A stretch of 48,395 nt of DNA, from the NCBI GenBank assembly GCA_030640275.1, contig DAOWJR010000033.1:1-48395 (forward strand), read 5' to 3'. Under the pieces are notes generated by a model. That model did not search any database. It was not told the origin of the DNA and saw nothing but the letters and a program-made list of their open reading frames with translations. The translations under genes were made by a program, and so were the position numbers. How positions within the stretch are numbered: position 1 is the first letter of the stretch; the number at the start of each line of letters is the position of its first letter. Shown piece by piece: positions 44,580-48,395 of this stretch. This DNA is from Actinomycetes bacterium. Lineage in GTDB: Bacteria; Actinomycetota; Humimicrobiia; JAHJRV01.

Positions 44580-46181
44580 CTAATTATAAAGCCCTAAAAT
44601 TTCAATTATTTTATAGAGTCTTTTTTTAAATTTTTCTGAATTATATTTTTTACAATCCTCTATTGAATTTTCCCTGAGCTTATCTTGTAATTCACTATTA
44701 TTTATTATTTTTAAAGTCTTTTCTTTGAGTTGTTTTAAATCAGAGAACAAAAATCCATTATATTCATTCTCTACTATCTCTCTCGACCCTCCTTTATTTA
44801 TTACAATGGGAATGCAGCCAGCTGCCATTGCCTGAACAGACGATATTCCAAAGTGTTCAAATCTTTCTGGATGCTTTTGCTCATCCTCTCCAAGTCCACT
44901 AGCATGCCAGTATATCTTACTTTTGCCATAAATAGTATTTAGTTCATCTTTTGGAACATTTGTTTTTATTACTATTGGATAGCCCTTTGAAGCTCTTTTT
45001 ACCCTATCTAAATACCTGAAATGTTCTTTTTTCCCCTCCACTCCTCCAACTAAATATAGACTCCAGTCTTTAAGTTCCAGGTTATAAAGTTCTTTAAATG
45101 CTTTAACAAGTTCTATCTGTTTTTTATTATGATGTCCTACAAAAAATCTACCGACACTTAATATAATATTTTCTTTCTTTATCTCCTTCTCTTTGAAGGA
45201 ATCAATATCAACCTGTGGATAAAAAAGAAAGCTATCCTTTTTCCAAAGTTTCTTTATCCATCTCTTAGTATATTCTGAATTTGCTAAGATAAGATCGTAA
45301 GTATCTAAAAAGCTTAAATCATCGGGAAAGTTTATAAGATATGTGGGGAAAAAACCTATTATAAAGTAAAATATTTTCCGAAAAATTGATATAGATGAAA
45401 TATTTCTAACAGAAACACCAAGCTGTCTTGTATCATTTGAAGCATAAAAATCTGCGGGGCAAAACGAGTTAGACTCTATGGTCATTGTGTCATTATTTTT
45501 TAATGGAATTTTAATTTTAAAAACTCTACTTTTACTTCTTGGTAATTTGTGATATGTGTAAACATTTTTTTTACCAAAACTAATGTCAATATGTGTATCT
45601 GGGGCAGTAAATTTTCTACCACTATTAATTTTTAATCTGATTAATCCCTTCTTTATTAAATTCTCTTCAATTTTAAAAGTGGCTTTTCCTGAGGTCCAGG
45701 TAGATTTTTTCATTAAAAAACGCTTTGGATCATGAACTCCTTCAATTGGATTTAAACCATCCTTATATTTTTCTTCTTTGCTTAAAAACCAGCTGTAGAT
45801 ATTTCTAGAAATATTCTTAAACAAAAATAAAGTTATTTTATGAATAGAATTGAAGTCCACATCAAAGGGTGTGGGGAAAAAAGTTAAATAGACATTTTTC
45901 TTTGCATAGCCCCTCATATAACTTAGATAAGTAGCATTTACAAAAATGTCATAATCCTTTGTAATATTGCTGCCATAATCAGATGAAATATACGGAAATA
46001 CTCTTAACTTTACTCTTGAAAGGTCTAAATTAAGATGTCTTGATAATTTATCTAAATCGAAATATTTATTAGTTAAAATTTCAACATTATAATCTTTACT
46101 TAATAGCTCTGCCATCTTTCCCATATGTTTCTCCCCACCACCTAAAGTGGGAAGGTAAAGATCGTATATTCCAACTTTCAA
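44580..46181 (-). CDS. GT-B fold glycosyltransferase (GT4-like) with a ~140-aa insertion in the N-terminal half
   Basis: 533 aa. The C-terminal domain has EHFGISSVQAMAAGCIPIVINKGGSREIVENEYNGFLF (E-x7-E region). The N-terminus MKVGIYDLYLPTLGGGEKH is typical of GT4. Confidence 0.8.
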   Translation of the reverse strand: MKVGIYDLYLPTLGGGEKHMGKMAELLSKDYNVEILTNKYFDLDKLSRHLNLDLSRVKLRVFPYISSDYGSNITKDYDIFVNATYLSYMRGYAKKNVYLTFFPTPFDVDFNSIHKITLFLFKNISRNIYSWFLSKEEKYKDGLNPIEGVHDPKRFLMKKSTWTSGKATFKIEENLIKKGLIRLKINSGRKFTAPDTHIDISFGKKNVYTYHKLPRSKSRVFKIKIPLKNNDTMTIESNSFCPADFYASNDTRQLGVSVRNISSISIFRKIFYFIIGFFPTYLINFPDDLSFLDTYDLILANSEYTKRWIKKLWKKDSFLFYPQVDIDSFKEKEIKKENIILSVGRFFVGHHNKKQIELVKAFKELYNLELKDWSLYLVGGVEGKKEHFRYLDRVKRASKGYPIVIKTNVPKDELNTIYGKSKIYWHASGLGEDEQKHPERFEHFGISSVQAMAAGCIPIVINKGGSREIVENEYNGFLFSDLKQLKEKTLKIINNSELQDKLRENSIEDCKKYNSEKFKKRLYKIIEILGLYN

Positions 46182-46195
46182 ATTGCTACACCTCT

Positions 46196-47311
46196 TTAGA
46201 AAGTAATTACTCCTTTATTTAAAACTGTCTTTGGAAATAGCTTCATATTATTAGTTAGAACATTTTGATCCCCAATTAAACAGTCACTTCCTATAACAGT
46301 CCCATTTAAAATATGAACATCATTTCCAACTATAACTCCACTACATATAATACTGTTATTTATTACACAGTTATTACCTATCCTACAATTCTCCATAATA
46401 AGACAATTTTTAGTTTTTGTGCCATTATCTATTTCAGTATTATTAAGTATTACTGAATGATTATTTATTATTACATTTTCTTTTATCTTACAATTTTCAC
46501 CAATTAAAAGTGGTGGAAACATATTAGAACTCTCGTTAATCTCTGTATTTACTCCAATCCAAATGCCCACCTTTTCCTGGTTAAATTGAAAATCAAAATC
46601 TATTTTTCTATCTAAAATATCACCCTGCGCTTTTAGATATTTTTGAGAAGTTCCTAAATCAAGCCAATATGATTCTGAAGGAAACCCAAATACTTTTTCA
46701 CCTTTTGATAAAAGTAGTGGAAACAGTTCTCTCTCAAACGAATAATTCTTTCCCTCTGGAATGAGCTCTAAAACTTCCGGTTCTAATACATACATTCCAG
46801 CATTGATAAGATTTGTAGTTACCTCATCCCACCTGGGTTTCTCTAAAAATCTTAAAACTCTACCATTTGAATCAATAGGAACAAGCCCATACATTGTAGG
46901 ATCTTCAACAGGTGTTAATGTGATTGTAATAGTTGCTTCTTTTTGCTTATGATACTTTATCAGTTCTCTAAAATCCAAAGAGGTTATAATATCACCATTA
47001 AGAACTAAGAATGGTTCACCTCTTAAATATTTCTCTGCGTTTTTAACTGCACCACATGTTCCCAGGGGAACCTTTTCGGTTACATAGGTAATATTAACTC
47101 CTAATTTTTCCCCATTCCCAAAATGGGAACTAAATATAGATGGCATATAGAAAGTGCTTAGTATGATATCTTCAATTCCATATTTTTTAAGATTTCTAAT
47201 GATATATTCAATTAAGGGCATACCAACCAATGGAATCATGGGTTTTGGTATTTGATATGTTATTGGTCTCAGTCTGGTTCCTTCTCCACCTACTAAAATA
47301 ACTGCTTTCAT
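46196..47311 (-). CDS. Mannose-1-phosphate guanylyltransferase-like NDP-sugar pyrophosphorylase (NTP-transferase plus LbH)
   Basis: 371 aa. VILVGGEGTRLRPIT..PKPMIPL resembles GDP-mannose pyrophosphorylases. C-terminal hexapeptide repeats. Paralogue of 39743-40858. Confidence 0.8.
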   Translation of the reverse strand: MKAVILVGGEGTRLRPITYQIPKPMIPLVGMPLIEYIIRNLKKYGIEDIILSTFYMPSIFSSHFGNGEKLGVNITYVTEKVPLGTCGAVKNAEKYLRGEPFLVLNGDIITSLDFRELIKYHKQKEATITITLTPVEDPTMYGLVPIDSNGRVLRFLEKPRWDEVTTNLINAGMYVLEPEVLELIPEGKNYSFERELFPLLLSKGEKVFGFPSESYWLDLGTSQKYLKAQGDILDRKIDFDFQFNQEKVGIWIGVNTEINESSNMFPPLLIGENCKIKENVIINNHSVILNNTEIDNGTKTKNCLIMENCRIGNNCVINNSIICSGVIVGNDVHILNGTVIGSDCLIGDQNVLTNNMKLFPKTVLNKGVITF

Positions 47312-47349
47312 CCTATAAATCCTCCCGAAACTTAAAATTATAATAATTA

Positions 47350-48306
47350 TTATTTTTTAAATTTTCTTTTTATTGATCCTGAAATATAACCTACCATTTT
47401 CGCAATATCTATTAAAAACTGTAAAAATGGAAAAGCTATCCATGCAAAAAACATTTTCCAAAAGGTTTCTTTTTTAAAAGTTTTTATACTTCGTGCATAA
47501 ACTTTTCTTAAGTAAAATATAGCAAAAGGTAATGGAATAAGTAAAAATATAAAATTTCTAATTAAAAGAAACACTGATATTAATAAAATTAAAGAAATGT
47601 AAACAAAAAATCTCAGTGCATGCCTATAAAAAAACAGATTTGCAAATCCATCACCAAATGCATATCTGAAATATTGTTTAAAGAGTTGAAAAATATCGCT
47701 CCTCATTTTCCAAAAAACAACAGCCCTTGGGTTGAAAATTATATTATATCCAAGATTTTTTAACTTGAAATTAAAAAACATATCCTCGCCAACATATAAT
47801 TCTTCAGAATATCCACCAGCTTTTTCCCACACCTCTTTTTTAAAAGCAATTGATCTTGAAGAAGGCATAAATTTTTTCGGATTTATTTCATTAACCTGTG
47901 GCATAAAAAGACATGAAATCGTTCTCTCGAACCAGCTTTTACATAATGGTAAACTAAATCCTCCTACAACTTCTGCATCTTTATTGTATTTAAAGCTATC
48001 AAAAAGATTCTCTAACCAATCCTTTTCTAATTCTACTCCTCCATCAGTTACTGCAATGAGCTCGGTATCACAATTCTTAATAGCAAAGTTTCTACCCTTG
48101 GAAATATTAAAACCTCTTTTTATCTCTATACTTAGGTTTGGTATTTTCTCTTTAAACTTTTTTAACTCTTCAACAGTGTTATCAGTTGAACCTCCATCAA
48201 CAATTTTTATCTCTTTTGCCTTTAAACTCTGATTAAAAAGAGAGTTTAAGAAATTTTCTATTTCTTCACCCTCATTTTTTACGGTTGCAACAACTGAAAT
48301 TTCCAT
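47350..48306 (-). CDS. Family 2 glycosyltransferase with a C-terminal membrane region
   Basis: 318 aa. ISVVATVKNEGEEIENFLNSL, IVDGGSTDNT, the DxD-like TDGG, and two or three C-terminal hydrophobic helices. Confidence 0.8.
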   Translation of the reverse strand: MEISVVATVKNEGEEIENFLNSLFNQSLKAKEIKIVDGGSTDNTVEELKKFKEKIPNLSIEIKRGFNISKGRNFAIKNCDTELIAVTDGGVELEKDWLENLFDSFKYNKDAEVVGGFSLPLCKSWFERTISCLFMPQVNEINPKKFMPSSRSIAFKKEVWEKAGGYSEELYVGEDMFFNFKLKNLGYNIIFNPRAVVFWKMRSDIFQLFKQYFRYAFGDGFANLFFYRHALRFFVYISLILLISVFLLIRNFIFLLIPLPFAIFYLRKVYARSIKTFKKETFWKMFFAWIAFPFLQFLIDIAKMVGYISGSIKRKFKK

Positions 48307-48395
48307 AATCTTTTAAAAATATCCTACAAAAATATTAAGATTTTTTAGAAAAATGCCATAAAAAAGCTTGGTAAAAATTTTTCAAATTTTCAAAT

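Overview
This is an AT-rich bacterial chromosomal segment, and every gene I can support lies on the minus strand: 47 CDS, 9 tRNAs and tmRNA. The content is almost entirely core housekeeping, in a Firmicutes/Clostridia-like order (inference from synteny). Read 5'->3' on the minus strand, it contains:

- **Sugar-nucleotide and glycosyltransferase cluster:** GT2, NDP-sugar pyrophosphorylase, GT4 and an SDR epimerase/dehydratase.
- **SAM recycling and neighbours:** ahcY, mtnA and a second pyrophosphorylase.
- **Translation, secretion and division genes:** comF, csp, hpf, secA, prfB, ftsE, ftsX, an M23 peptidase, ctpA, smpB, ssrA (tmRNA), rph and rdgB.
- **tRNA cluster with three embedded genes:** tRNA-Pro and tRNA-Gly, then a wHTH regulator, an alpha-oxoamine synthase and plsY, then six more tRNAs.
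- **Protein quality control, valS and cell-shape genes:** tig, clpP, a T-box leader, valS, folC, a zinc-ribbon membrane protein, ndk, DUF4321, mreBCD, mrdA and rodA.
- **RNA and ribosome genes:** a radical SAM protein (TIGR03960-like), DUF2344, an RNase G-like gene, rplU, rpmA, obg, nadD, an LCP protein and rsfS (partial).

I see no CRISPR array, transposase, integrase, prophage or recognisable defence genes, and I cannot point to a clear novel multi-gene system.

The observations most worth follow-up are:

- a tRNA-Pro(UGG) whose anticodon loop has 8 nt instead of 7;
- two conserved genes (rplU, rsfS) that can only start at AUU/AUA;
- two genes whose only Shine-Dalgarno sequence is separated from the start codon by a hairpin;
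- the conserved unknown-function radical SAM/DUF2344 pair next to an RNase G with extra KH/TRAM-like modules;
- an SPT-like alpha-oxoamine synthase beside plsY;
- an MtnA plus NTP-transferase/LbH gene pair;
- repeated intergenic elements.

All plus-strand ORFs in the supplied track look like antisense shadows.
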